Below, piece by piece: positions 15,685-25,695 of a stretch of 25,720 nucleotides of DNA. The stretch comes from a virus. Its lineage: Duplodnaviria; Caudoviricetes. The notes under the pieces were generated by a model, which worked only from the letters and a program-made list of their open reading frames with translations, did no database searches and was not told where the DNA came from. The number at the start of each line of letters is the position of its first letter. Position 1 is the first letter of the stretch. Both the position numbers and the translations under genes were made by a program. The stretch is taken from positions 1-25,720 of the IMG/VR virus record IMGVR_UViG_3300048690_000214, one strand, 5' to 3'.

Positions 15685-18679
15685 TCAACTGAAATACTCG
15701 GACTTTGTCAAGCCGGATGAAAGCATAACAAATCTAATAGCACAGCTGGAGGAGTTGCTAAAGCACTATGGCATGCTATACGGCAAAATAAAGGCGGACG
15801 CGCAAGACCTAGAAAAGTCAATGAAGTCTGCATCTACAGCCACGGACACCGGCCGCAAAGCCATTGAAAAAGCGACGGCTGAAGCAGACAAATTAGCTGC
15901 GGAATATGAGAAGCTTACGGCTGCGCAATCAGACACTGCCAATGAGCTTGCTAAGCTGCGCGCAGAGCAGCAGAAACAGAACGCCGTAAACAAGCTAACT
16001 GAAAAGTTTAATAACTCGCTAGAGGGTTCCTATGACAAATTAAGCGCGCAGTATTCTTTGAATGTTATGAAGCTGAATGCTATGTCAAAAGCAGAGCGTG
16101 AGCTATCGCAAGAGGGCTTGATGCTAACTGCATCTACAAAAGACGTACGCAATGAAATGAAACGCTTGAAAGAAGAAACCGAAGACCATCGCTTGTCTGT
16201 GGGTGACTACGAAAAAGGGTGGCGTGGACTTGTGCAGCAAATGTCAGAAACTAACGGTGCCGCTGGTAGCGCTGCGCAGGGTATTGGTGGCTTAGACGAC
16301 GCGGCAAAAAAACTTTTAGCTAATCCCATAGTGTTGATGTTATCAATACTTGCAGCCACGCTATATGGTCTGTTTAGCCTATTCAAAAGAACCGAATCGG
16401 GAGCCGACTTGATGGCAAAAGCCACGGGCGCTTTGAACGCTGTTTTGTCTATCGCTGTAGGCGTAACAGACAAACTATATAAAGCTATGCTTTCGGCTTT
16501 TGAAAACCCACAGCAGGCGCTTAAAAACTTAGGAGAGGCAATAGTAAAACAGGTTCTTAATAGGCTTAATTCGTGGACGCTAATAGCTAAAGCAGCTGGT
16601 CAAGCTATGCAGGCCCTTGCAAGTAGGGATATGGCAGCATTGGAACAGGCTGGCAAAGACGCAGGCACGGCTTTGATTCAAATGACTACCGGCTTAGATG
16701 CCCAACAGCAACGCGAATTTGGCAAAGCTATAGCAGATACTACGGAAGAGATAAAAGCGCAGACAGCGGCATTTGTGGCGCTTGAGGCTTCTCGCAGAGG
16801 TGTACGCAAAGAAAACAGGAACCTGCAGAGAGCACTTGAAGAAGTAATAACAAAAGAGGAGCTAGCAAAAGCAGTTGCCGACGACGCGACAAAGTCTTTC
16901 AAAGAGCGCGAAGCGGCAAACAAAGAAGCCCAAGAAGCAACAATAGAGAGGGCTAAGCTTGAAACAAAAATAGCGTCTAACAATTTAGGGCTAATTAGCC
17001 GTGAAATTGATATGCGCAGCAAAAACGGCGAAAACGTGGAAGAACTGCTTGATGCGCAGCTCGGAGCCTATTCGCAGTTGAAAGCTGCGCAGCGCAGTTA
17101 TCTGTTGGCTGTGCGCGACAACGAAAAAATAGAGTCTGAGCTCAAACAGGATAGGCTTGAAAAAGACCTAGACATATTGATTGATGGTTTTGAAGCGCAG
17201 CAAGCTATAAACTTAGCTATTGCAAACGATACTACGCTAACTGAACAAGAGAGGCGCAAAAAAATAGAGGAGACTCGGGCACTAGCTGAAAGGTCATTTG
17301 CAAAGCAGATGGAAACCATACAACAGTTCACAGGTATAAGCTTGGATTCGACGGCCCTAATAACAGAGGCGGATGCTGTAGCGCTTAACCAAAAAATAAG
17401 GGCTTATGACCTTTCGGAAGTTATTGAGGGCAGATTGCTTGAGGCAGTCAACGGCCGCAAGAATGCTTTGGTGGGGCTATCTGAAGCAGAAAAAAAGCTA
17501 GCTGCAGACAAACTAAAAGCAGAGCAAGACGAACTTAAGCTTAAAAAAGAGAGTGCAGCAAAGCAATACGATAGCGCCTTGGTAGCCTATGAGCAGGAAA
17601 AAGAGCTGCGCATATCTGAAATAGATTTGATGCAGGTTACGGAAGCTGAAAAGACAAAACTAAAGCTTGCTGCAGAAAAGGACCGGCTTGAAAAAATGCT
17701 TAAGCTAAACGCCGACGTTGAGGGCCGCATGACAGATATGCAGGTGGCCGCTGCTCGCAACACAATAAAGAAACTTGAGGCAGAAATAGCCAAAGCAGGT
17801 GGTGGTGAAAATAAAGACTTGTATGCAGCCCTTGGTTTTGATTTGGACGACGAGCAAAAGCAAGCTGTTTCAGATTCGCTTAAGTTCATAAAAACAGCCA
17901 TAGTGGATTTGCTTGATGCAAGGATAGCAGCCATAGATGCTTCACTAGAAAAGTCGCAAGAAGAAAAAAGCGAAATACAGAGCCGCTACGATTTAGAGCT
18001 TGAAAATAGGGCTAATGGCTTGGCAAACAATGCAGCTCAAGTGCAAAAAGAATTAGAGTTGAACAAAGCAAAAGAAGATGCTTTGTTGAAACAGAAAGCC
18101 AAGGCGCAAAAAGCAAAGGAGCTCATAGACACAGCTACACAGATAAGCAGTTTAATAACGGCTTCTTCAGAAATATGGGCTAGCTTAAGCGGAATTCCAG
18201 TTGTCGGGCCTGTGTTGGCAGTTGCGGCAATAGCTGCTATGTTTGGTAGCTTTGCAATTTCAAAAATAAAAGCCAAGGCAGCGAGCAAGCAGCAGTATGG
18301 AGATGGCGGGTTTGAATTTCTAGATGGTGGCTCGCACGCCTCGGGAAACGATATTCCCATAGGCATGACTGCAAATGGCAAACAGCGCACTGCTGAAGGT
18401 GGCGAGGCTTTAGCCGTCATAAATAAGAAAAACACGCGCAAATATAAGCATCTAATACCTACGATTGTAGATTCACTCAACGCAGGAAATTTTGAAAAGC
18501 ACTTTGCGGATTCGGCTGCTTACGCTACGCAGATAATGTCAGTCTCAGATGCAACGGACACTAGCACTATGGAAAAGCGCTTAGAGCAATTAGTTAGCCA
18601 AGGAAACGCGCGCACCTACACAGATGAGCGTGGGCGCTTAGTAGAAATAAAAAACAACTTAAAACGCACTTATGTTTAA
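15674..18679 (+). CDS. Tail tape measure protein
   Basis: 1001-aa Ala/Glu/Lys/Leu-rich coiled coil with two hydrophobic segments (NPIVLMLSILAATLYGLF and IPVVGPVLAVAAIAAMF) and a C-terminal YGDGG..GGSHASG..AEGGE..VIN motif. Confidence 0.92.
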   Translation: MADSQLKYSDFVKPDESITNLIAQLEELLKHYGMLYGKIKADAQDLEKSMKSASTATDTGRKAIEKATAEADKLAAEYEKLTAAQSDTANELAKLRAEQQKQNAVNKLTEKFNNSLEGSYDKLSAQYSLNVMKLNAMSKAERELSQEGLMLTASTKDVRNEMKRLKEETEDHRLSVGDYEKGWRGLVQQMSETNGAAGSAAQGIGGLDDAAKKLLANPIVLMLSILAATLYGLFSLFKRTESGADLMAKATGALNAVLSIAVGVTDKLYKAMLSAFENPQQALKNLGEAIVKQVLNRLNSWTLIAKAAGQAMQALASRDMAALEQAGKDAGTALIQMTTGLDAQQQREFGKAIADTTEEIKAQTAAFVALEASRRGVRKENRNLQRALEEVITKEELAKAVADDATKSFKEREAANKEAQEATIERAKLETKIASNNLGLISREIDMRSKNGENVEELLDAQLGAYSQLKAAQRSYLLAVRDNEKIESELKQDRLEKDLDILIDGFEAQQAINLAIANDTTLTEQERRKKIEETRALAERSFAKQMETIQQFTGISLDSTALITEADAVALNQKIRAYDLSEVIEGRLLEAVNGRKNALVGLSEAEKKLAADKLKAEQDELKLKKESAAKQYDSALVAYEQEKELRISEIDLMQVTEAEKTKLKLAAEKDRLEKMLKLNADVEGRMTDMQVAAARNTIKKLEAEIAKAGGGENKDLYAALGFDLDDEQKQAVSDSLKFIKTAIVDLLDARIAAIDASLEKSQEEKSEIQSRYDLELENRANGLANNAAQVQKELELNKAKEDALLKQKAKAQKAKELIDTATQISSLITASSEIWASLSGIPVVGPVLAVAAIAAMFGSFAISKIKAKAASKQQYGDGGFEFLDGGSHASGNDIPIGMTANGKQRTAEGGEALAVINKKNTRKYKHLIPTIVDSLNAGNFEKHFADSAAYATQIMSVSDATDTSTMEKRLEQLVSQGNARTYTDERGRLVEIKNNLKRTYV

Positions 18680-21197
18680 TTGGACACTAAAAACTAAAAA
18701 GCCAACCACAGTCAATATGCTAGACCCCGAGCGCGCTGTGCTAGGATTCAAGTGGATTGGCGGCGAGGCTGTTGTTAGCTTGACAGATAACTACGTGCGC
18801 CTGCCAGTTGTTGCGCTAGAAGTCTATTATCTGCAGACGCCTAGCTTTGTTGCGACTTTCACAAACGCAGCATTCTACGATGCCAACGGCTTGCTGCTTT
18901 CAGAATCAGTGCCAGTGCTTGGAGCCACAGCGCCCGCCGGAGCCGTTACGGGCTTCTTTTCATTTGTCATTGCGGACACTATAGAAAATTTAGCTATAGT
19001 GTCCGGTGCCGGGGCGTTTGAACTGTATTACGATTCTGTGCCGGCAAATCCGATGTATAGAAAGCTTAATAGGACCGTCAAGGCTGAGCCGGGGCAGCAG
19101 TTCTATAGGGAATCAATAGATGGAAGCTTAGTGTTCTTAAAAAGCGACTATGACTATATAGTTGGGCTGCCGTTCGATACCACTATAAAAGTGCTAGGCT
19201 TCGATTCAGAAAGCGGCCAAAGCATAAGCGCCTATTTTCATTTGACCGACTGCGAGATAGATTCAGACGACAAGAAATTGACGGCTAAGCTAAGCACCAC
19301 AGACCTATATGAAGACTTCCTAGGCAGCAAAGACAAGGTATTTAACTTGCTTGACATAGCGGCCGAGTTAGAGCCTGTTTTGCTTACGCGCAGGCCTATT
19401 CTGCAGGTATATGTAGCCGGAGACAATGTGCTAACGAACATAGTGTCAGGCGCTTATTGGGAACAGCAGCTTAGCATAGACCCGGTATATGATGACAGCG
19501 TTTTAACAGGAACGCACAAGATGTTCAATGCTTTGAACATACGCGCCATTCCCGCAAGCTATGTCCCACTGCTAAGCACAGACGTAACCGGGAGCTACAA
19601 TAGCAGCCGCGTTAATACGACAAAGCCATACAAGCTTGTAGAAACAGCAATACCGTTTGTTGGCTTTTTCAAGCGCAAGTTTCACATAGTGCCCGTTGCG
19701 GCAACTGAAGGCGCGGGGTGGTCACTTTCAGCACTATATGAAACCGAGTACACAGACTATTTTAATATAAGCGTCAATGCACTGCTTTTCAAAGGTGTCA
19801 ATGGCCAAACAGGCGAATTTTATTTTGCAGAGTACCGGATATATGCACGGCTTTATACAAGCTTATTGGAGGTAGCCGCTGTTGCTACGCACCCAATACC
19901 CGCTAACGATTTGGTGCCTGCAAACCAAAACTATACAAGGATTGTACCCTATGGCATAAACCAGTTTGTTGTATACGACGAATTCCAAGGCACTCCCAAC
20001 AAGTTTGGCCGCGTGCCTGAAGGTTCGCCGGATTCGGGGCTTTATTACAGGCAGCTTCTGCCCGCTGTTGAATCGGGCGCGTCTAACGCAATACCCATAT
20101 CGCAGAGCAATTGGAAAGCCGTTTCGCTGTGGTATTACGATACGAGCGCTACGAAGTATTTCTTGCGCGTAGAGGGCGAAAAAGTGCTTTTGCGCGACTG
20201 CTTCCCGCTGCACTCGGTTATACAGGCGCTGCTTAATGCTAATAAGCTTAATTTGACTTTCACAGCGTCTTCGGAATGCTCGCAATTCCTATACGCTGCA
20301 ATTAACCCACTTGGAGGCTTCACGTTCTTGGATTTTGATTTTGCAGGCATTTTAGACGCGTACGCAGGAAACCTAAAATGGCTTTTGACGCCCAAGTCTA
20401 ACGCTATATACGGCAATTACGAGCAGCCTGCGGCAATAGCTGAAATAACACTTGAAGGCGTGCTTAAAATGCTCAAGACTTGCTTCAACTGCTATTGGCA
20501 CCTAGAAAATGGCATGCTGCGCATAGAACATATTTCATGGTACGACAAGGGCGGCACGTATTCAGGCGTAGAGGTTGGGGCAGACTTGACTAGCTTGATA
20601 CAGCCAAGGAACGGAAAGCCGTGGAGCTTTGCTCAAAACAAGTGGAGCTATGAAAAGCAGAATATGCCCGAGCGCATTGAATTTTCTTGGATGGACAAAG
20701 TAAGCTCGGGATTTGAAGCGGCCCCCGTCAACATGATAGGCAAGTTCGTGCAGCCAGGGAACATAGAGGAGCGTTCAGCCACAGGATTCACTACAGATGT
20801 GGACTTTATGGCAGCCAACCAATCGGAAGTGTCTAAGCAAGGCTTCTGCATGTTTGGGGCAGTGATTCACGAGGGTATAAACAAAGCGCCTTTCGTAGAG
20901 GTAGCTATACCCGGCTATGAGCTTTCTTTGCAGAATGGGTTTTTGTCATTCCCGTATCTGCGAGATAGGTTCTTGCTGTTCAACCTGCCCACGGACAATG
21001 TAGAGATTGATGGGCAAGAGCAGACAATAATTGGCAACGTAAGCCGGTTCAAAAAACAAGACGTTGCCTATCCGCACGTAAGCTCAAACTATTACGCGCT
21101 AGTTAGAACCGAACTAGGCTTAGGCAAACTGCAATCGACGTCGCTAGACTTCGAAAGCATGATGGAAAAATCGACTATAATGCACGAAACAATATAA
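18672..21197 (+). CDS. Tail tip / baseplate hub-like structural protein
   Basis: 841 aa, directly after the tape measure gene. FNCYWHLENGMLRIEHISWY resembles a hub (Tal-like) segment. Confidence 0.6.
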   Translation: MFNWTLKTKKPTTVNMLDPERAVLGFKWIGGEAVVSLTDNYVRLPVVALEVYYLQTPSFVATFTNAAFYDANGLLLSESVPVLGATAPAGAVTGFFSFVIADTIENLAIVSGAGAFELYYDSVPANPMYRKLNRTVKAEPGQQFYRESIDGSLVFLKSDYDYIVGLPFDTTIKVLGFDSESGQSISAYFHLTDCEIDSDDKKLTAKLSTTDLYEDFLGSKDKVFNLLDIAAELEPVLLTRRPILQVYVAGDNVLTNIVSGAYWEQQLSIDPVYDDSVLTGTHKMFNALNIRAIPASYVPLLSTDVTGSYNSSRVNTTKPYKLVETAIPFVGFFKRKFHIVPVAATEGAGWSLSALYETEYTDYFNISVNALLFKGVNGQTGEFYFAEYRIYARLYTSLLEVAAVATHPIPANDLVPANQNYTRIVPYGINQFVVYDEFQGTPNKFGRVPEGSPDSGLYYRQLLPAVESGASNAIPISQSNWKAVSLWYYDTSATKYFLRVEGEKVLLRDCFPLHSVIQALLNANKLNLTFTASSECSQFLYAAINPLGGFTFLDFDFAGILDAYAGNLKWLLTPKSNAIYGNYEQPAAIAEITLEGVLKMLKTCFNCYWHLENGMLRIEHISWYDKGGTYSGVEVGADLTSLIQPRNGKPWSFAQNKWSYEKQNMPERIEFSWMDKVSSGFEAAPVNMIGKFVQPGNIEERSATGFTTDVDFMAANQSEVSKQGFCMFGAVIHEGINKAPFVEVAIPGYELSLQNGFLSFPYLRDRFLLFNLPTDNVEIDGQEQTIIGNVSRFKKQDVAYPHVSSNYYALVRTELGLGKLQSTSLDFESMMEKSTIMHETI

Positions 21198-21201
21198 CGC
21201 A

Positions 21202-22056
21202 ATGACACCTTACGCAAACAATTTCAGCGTCTTGCCTTTCTATACGAACGCAGCGCAGCTTCAACATAAACGCAGTTACAGCTACGGAGACAAATATGCG
21301 CTTTACTCATATAACAGCAAAATACTGCCTTTCCAAATAAAGAGGCCTACGAGCATTGCGCCAATAGTTTCTTGCGTGCTGAAGCCGGAGGGAGGCGACG
21401 CGCTAGACATAACAGCCGAGATGCTAGCGGCAGGTTTGAACATACAAGCGTTCAGTGGCTATGACTTGATTGTCAACCCGTCGGCTATGATTTTCCCCGA
21501 ATTGCAGCTTGTAGAGGGGCGCCATACTTTGGAAATTTCAGACGGGGTAACTACATGGCATAGCGATATTTTCACGGTGCGCAACGATACGTCAAAGTTG
21601 GTTAAGCTTTTGTTTTGGGATTCGCAGAACCTAGAGCACGCACATGGCCAAATATCCTACGCCTATCCGTTCAAGAACTACATACTGCTAGACACAGAGA
21701 TTGGCAAGCCTGAATATAAATTCGAAGAAGAAGTAAGCCGCCGCGATGGGTATCTGTTTTATGAAAAACAGATAAGCTATAAGCTTTTCAAATTTGCATT
21801 TTTGGCGCCCGAGTACCTATGCGACGTGCTGCGATTGGTGCGGATGCACGATTATATAAAAATAATTGACAAAAATGCAAATTATTCAATAGAAAGTATT
21901 ATATTCGACACGAATTGGCAGGACCAAGGAAATTTGGCAGCCGTCAGCGCAGAATTCGAATGCGATACGGTTGTAAAAAAGATAGGTAGAGGCCTGCCTA
22001 TAAGCCCATTGGGTGGATTCAGTAATGACTTTAGCGACGACTTTGACAATCAATAA
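21202..22056 (+). CDS. Tail structural protein (distal tail-like) with a C-terminal FSNDFSDDF motif
   Basis: 284-aa beta-rich protein between the hub and fibre genes. Confidence 0.55.
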   Translation: MTPYANNFSVLPFYTNAAQLQHKRSYSYGDKYALYSYNSKILPFQIKRPTSIAPIVSCVLKPEGGDALDITAEMLAAGLNIQAFSGYDLIVNPSAMIFPELQLVEGRHTLEISDGVTTWHSDIFTVRNDTSKLVKLLFWDSQNLEHAHGQISYAYPFKNYILLDTEIGKPEYKFEEEVSRRDGYLFYEKQISYKLFKFAFLAPEYLCDVLRLVRMHDYIKIIDKNANYSIESIIFDTNWQDQGNLAAVSAEFECDTVVKKIGRGLPISPLGGFSNDFSDDFDNQ

Positions 22057-22059
22057 TTT

Positions 22060-23205
22060 ATGTGGGATGCACTAAAAAGTGCCGTGTCTGCGGTTATCAC
22101 AGACAACGACAGCAACGAAATTACAGGGCCAATATTGGAAGCGCTGCTTAATAGCAACGTCATACCGCAGCTTGGTTCTGCGCAGATAGCCGGTGTTGCA
22201 GTTCCTACGACGGTTCCAAGTAGCTTGCCTGAAAAGCCTACATTCTATTTTGCTTACAAGTTAGGTACTTACTCTAACTTCTCAAGCATAACCATAAAAG
22301 AGTCAGGCCTATATCTGCTGTTTTGGAATTTTGCAACGGGTGTTTGGAACGTAGTGCGGCTATACGATTCAGCAAACAGGCTTGGTGTAAGCTCGCTGAA
22401 TTATGTTGCTTCTAACGGCACAGCTGTTGGCACTTTGCAATCAGGGTATTATAGCCTAGTCGAGGCTATCGACGCCGTGCCCTCGGGTCCACCGATTGGT
22501 ATGGTTATTCCTAACACAATAACCTATCAAAATAGTCCTATGAATTCGACACCCGTGTTGATTTATATAAAGGGCTTGGTGCGCGTAGGTCGCGAATACC
22601 GTTCACTGCTTGTGCAAGATTATTATACAGACAGCACCACGTATTGTGCCAACCTAGAGGGAGACTATGTGCTTACGCTGCCGCCCGGGGCAACAGTGCA
22701 AGCAACCTGCGAAGCCTTATATTTGAATCCAACAATAACGTCTTTAGGTGCTGCGTTTGCTGAAAAGACAAGGTTTAAGATTACATTCACAGCCGCAGTC
22801 CCGGCCGTTACGGTAATAGCTGTAGCAGGAACCTACGTAAAAGCTGCAGGCACGACAGTGATAAGCAATGCTGTGAACGCTACACAGGCTAGCAATAACA
22901 GGGCTGTGTGGGGAGGTGCTACAGCATCAAATGTGCGTATCGAAGGTGTAATATCTGTTAATAGTAATGCAAACAACCAAATAGGCGCACAGATACGCGT
23001 ATATAGTGCTGCGAACGTCTTGCTTGAAACACTGCGGCCACCAATAATAACAACGGATGGCAACGGTCGCTATGAAAATCTAAGCATATCGGATGTGATA
23101 ACTTCAATGCAAAATGGATATTACATAGAGCTTTGGCTGGCTAACTTAACTGCGGTGCAAAACGTATCCGTCGCGCAAAACAGCAAATATAACTTAATAG
23201 CATAA
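22060..23205 (+). CDS. Tail fibre / receptor-binding-like protein 1
   Basis: N-terminus DALK..V..VI..N...EITG..L is shared with 23810..25240. The body is Ser/Thr/Asn/Val-rich with a beta-sandwich-like C-terminus (GYYIELWLAN). Confidence 0.6.
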   Translation: MWDALKSAVSAVITDNDSNEITGPILEALLNSNVIPQLGSAQIAGVAVPTTVPSSLPEKPTFYFAYKLGTYSNFSSITIKESGLYLLFWNFATGVWNVVRLYDSANRLGVSSLNYVASNGTAVGTLQSGYYSLVEAIDAVPSGPPIGMVIPNTITYQNSPMNSTPVLIYIKGLVRVGREYRSLLVQDYYTDSTTYCANLEGDYVLTLPPGATVQATCEALYLNPTITSLGAAFAEKTRFKITFTAAVPAVTVIAVAGTYVKAAGTTVISNAVNATQASNNRAVWGGATASNVRIEGVISVNSNANNQIGAQIRVYSAANVLLETLRPPIITTDGNGRYENLSISDVITSMQNGYYIELWLANLTAVQNVSVAQNSKYNLIA

Positions 23206-23813
23206 TGGCACCCATACTCAAAGCTTATGTATTAGTGGTATTACAGCATGCTAAGAAGCTAGCTTTATTTGGATTTAGCGATGGCTACAATGTTGCCATC
23301 GCTTCTTCCACGTTTGTTTGCTTTGTCGAATTCATAACGCGCGCTTTTGAGATAGAGGTATTCGGCGTGCCAAACACGGTGCTGTTTGCCATATTCGCCA
23401 CAATAGCCATAGACGCCTATTATGGCATACGCAAGTCTGTTATGCAGAGCAAAGCGGCGTTCGAGATGGCAAGCCTTTATGGAGACGGCCCCGAGTATAG
23501 GAAATTGATGCGCACGCACGAAACCAAAAAGTTTCAGCTAAGCAAGCTGCGCTATACGTTTTTCAAATGCTTCACGCTTCTCGGGTATCTGTATTTTGCA
23601 AATAAGCTTTTGCAGTTCGATGCAAATAGCGACCTCCTTGCCATTGTTGGCTTCGCAGGCAGCTTGGTTCTTAAGGTGCCACTTACTATATTTTGGTACT
23701 ACGACTTCAAGAGCATAGGCGAAAATTCTGCCCACGTGTATGGCAAAAAAGCACCTATATTCGTTATTATAGAAAAGCTTGTTGACCTCAAGATAAAAGA
23801 CTTAAAACTATGA
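23205..23813 (+). CDS. Holin-like membrane protein (phage holin family 4-like)
   Basis: Three to four hydrophobic segments and the pattern IDAYYGIRKS...SKLRYTFFK...KSIGEN, resembling the D..TG..KA...S....K...SI.EN pattern of family-4 holins. Confidence 0.6.
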   Translation: MAPILKAYVLVVLQHAKKLALFGFSDGYNVAIASSTFVCFVEFITRAFEIEVFGVPNTVLFAIFATIAIDAYYGIRKSVMQSKAAFEMASLYGDGPEYRKLMRTHETKKFQLSKLRYTFFKCFTLLGYLYFANKLLQFDANSDLLAIVGFAGSLVLKVPLTIFWYYDFKSIGENSAHVYGKKAPIFVIIEKLVDLKIKDLKL

Positions 23814-25240
23814 CAGCAGACGCCTTAAAAGAGCAAATAGCTTTAGTGATAAAACAGAACGGAAACCAGGAAATAACTGGTTACTTATTGCAGCAAGAGT
23901 TGTTTCGCATCGTGGATGCTGCTTATGGCTACACAGACGACGAAATAGATGCTGCGCTAGACGCTTCAGCAGAATTGACGCTAGAGCCTGTTTTAGCACA
24001 GCAAAACGCGCCGGGCACGCAAAGCTTAGGGTTTAGATACCTAGTAGCTACCGCGCCAACCGGGGCATGGGTTGGCAGAGCAAACGAAATAGCTGAATGG
24101 GATGGTGTGGGTTGGGTTTATACAACACCTGTGCTAGGAAATACCGTATATGTTGCGAGTGCTTTGATTACAAGGCGTTGGAGTGGCACGGCTTGGGTTA
24201 CGGCCTCAAGCACAGCTGTTTTGAGCAACGGCCAAAATGGTGTGGCAAGCGGATTAAAGTTTGGTACTAACAATAACACGCCCGTAATACTGCGCAGCAA
24301 TAACGTAGACAGGCTTAGGCTTGGTACAAATGGCACGCTTGGCTACGAAGCAGACACATCTGCGGGCTATACGGGTTTGAGCGTCCCGCATGTTAGTTGG
24401 GTGCAGGACTACGTTACTGCTAACGGTGGCTTAGGTGCAGGCCAAGGCTTGACTGAAAACGCAGGCAATATTGATTTGGGGGGAAGCATTGACCAATACG
24501 CTACGCTGAATCTTAACCCAATGAATGGTGAATTTGGCGTGCTCGCGGAAGACGGCGGCACTTTTATGTCGGCATATTTTGGCTCGCTTGGCTCGCCATA
24601 TCAAGGTTATGTAAGCTTAATAACAGGCAATGAAAGCGCATCAAGAGGCCAATTGCAGTTAAACCCTGAATCTGTTGAGTTAAAATGCAATAACCAAACG
24701 GAAGGCATATTTACTTACTTACAATTCGGGCCAGACAGAGGGGAGCTGTTAACCACAGATAATATAGGCCGCGAATCAGTCGTATTAACTGCGCCAAATG
24801 TGACAGCCATTAGCTATTCGGGCAGTGAAAACTATTCAAGCATGGTTTTGTCAAACACTGGACTTGCTGCAAGAGGTAAAACAATCGGACTTCAAACAGA
24901 TATGATTAGCATATCTACGTTTGATTATGGCAGCGAAGAAGCTTTGTTTATAGCAAACTACAGCCAAGACCTTAGCGAAAGAACTTTTTTTAATATGTAC
25001 GCGTCTGGCCTAAATTTAGGTTATATAGATCAGGTGACGCAGTTAGATACGCAAATTAATGTTGACGGTCCAGACATAAGTATAAGTGCGCAAGGCCGTT
25101 TAGATTTTAGGGGCAACCGGCTTGCTTTCTTTGGCAATGACCTTTTTTTAGGTGCAGCGCCTATTGGGAGCGCAAGTAATGCTTTGCTAGTATATACTCA
25201 AGATGGGAACTACGCTATCCCTTTAATTAGCGTTCCATAA
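23810..25240 (+). CDS. Fibre/spike-like protein 2 with a DUF2793-like domain
   Basis: Shared N-terminal anchor, then GFRYLVATAPTGAWVGRANEIAEWDGVGWVYTTPVLG (DUF2793-like), then Gly/Asn/Ser-rich beta repeats. Confidence 0.7.
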   Translation: MTADALKEQIALVIKQNGNQEITGYLLQQELFRIVDAAYGYTDDEIDAALDASAELTLEPVLAQQNAPGTQSLGFRYLVATAPTGAWVGRANEIAEWDGVGWVYTTPVLGNTVYVASALITRRWSGTAWVTASSTAVLSNGQNGVASGLKFGTNNNTPVILRSNNVDRLRLGTNGTLGYEADTSAGYTGLSVPHVSWVQDYVTANGGLGAGQGLTENAGNIDLGGSIDQYATLNLNPMNGEFGVLAEDGGTFMSAYFGSLGSPYQGYVSLITGNESASRGQLQLNPESVELKCNNQTEGIFTYLQFGPDRGELLTTDNIGRESVVLTAPNVTAISYSGSENYSSMVLSNTGLAARGKTIGLQTDMISISTFDYGSEEALFIANYSQDLSERTFFNMYASGLNLGYIDQVTQLDTQINVDGPDISISAQGRLDFRGNRLAFFGNDLFLGAAPIGSASNALLVYTQDGNYAIPLISVP

Positions 25241-25304
25241 TTCAATTTTCAGATGCTTTTATGTGTTTAATCTTAAAACATTTTTCTTAAGCCCAATTTC
25301 ACTT

Positions 25305-25655
25305 ATGAAACAGATTAAAGAAGCTCGCACTTTCGTGAGCACAATCGACGTAGTTGCAACAGGCACGGACCTAGTGGCCAAACAGTCAGGCTTTACATTC
25401 AGCAAAACCCTGCGCGATGGCGACGGCAATGCAATCAAGGCTGAAGAGGCCATTCAGGTTACTGCGTTGGCCAACCAAGTCGTAATTGCCCGGTCCAAGC
25501 CGCAGCAGGAGCGCAGAGGCCCCGGCCAACAGCAAGAGCCGCCTACCAACACTGTGATTCCTATGGTTGGAGCCTATGCGGCGCTTGCGTCGCTGCCTCC
25601 GGCCGAAGCCGTGGAAAAGGTATTGAACGACTTCGTTCTTCCGCTGTTCGAGTAA
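25305..25655 (+). CDS. Hypothetical protein (116 aa)
   Basis: ATG at 25305 is preferred over GTG 25263. The ORF is followed by a terminator hairpin. Confidence 0.7.
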   Translation: MKQIKEARTFVSTIDVVATGTDLVAKQSGFTFSKTLRDGDGNAIKAEEAIQVTALANQVVIARSKPQQERRGPGQQQEPPTNTVIPMVGAYAALASLPPAEAVEKVLNDFVLPLFE

Positions 25656-25659
25656 AATA

Positions 25660-25695
25660 AAAATGGACGCATTCATAATAGGATGCGTCCATTTT
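25660..25695. terminator. Intrinsic terminator, probably bidirectional
   Basis: AAAATGGACGCAT (25660-25672) and ATGCGTCCATTTT (25683-25695), with A and T tracts on the two ends, just after the last stop. Confidence 0.8.

Noticed and set aside
22060-25240. Diversity-generating retroelement target or invertible fibre cassette
   Set aside because: No reverse transcriptase, recombinase, TR/VR-like repeat pair or flanking inverted repeats were seen in this window.
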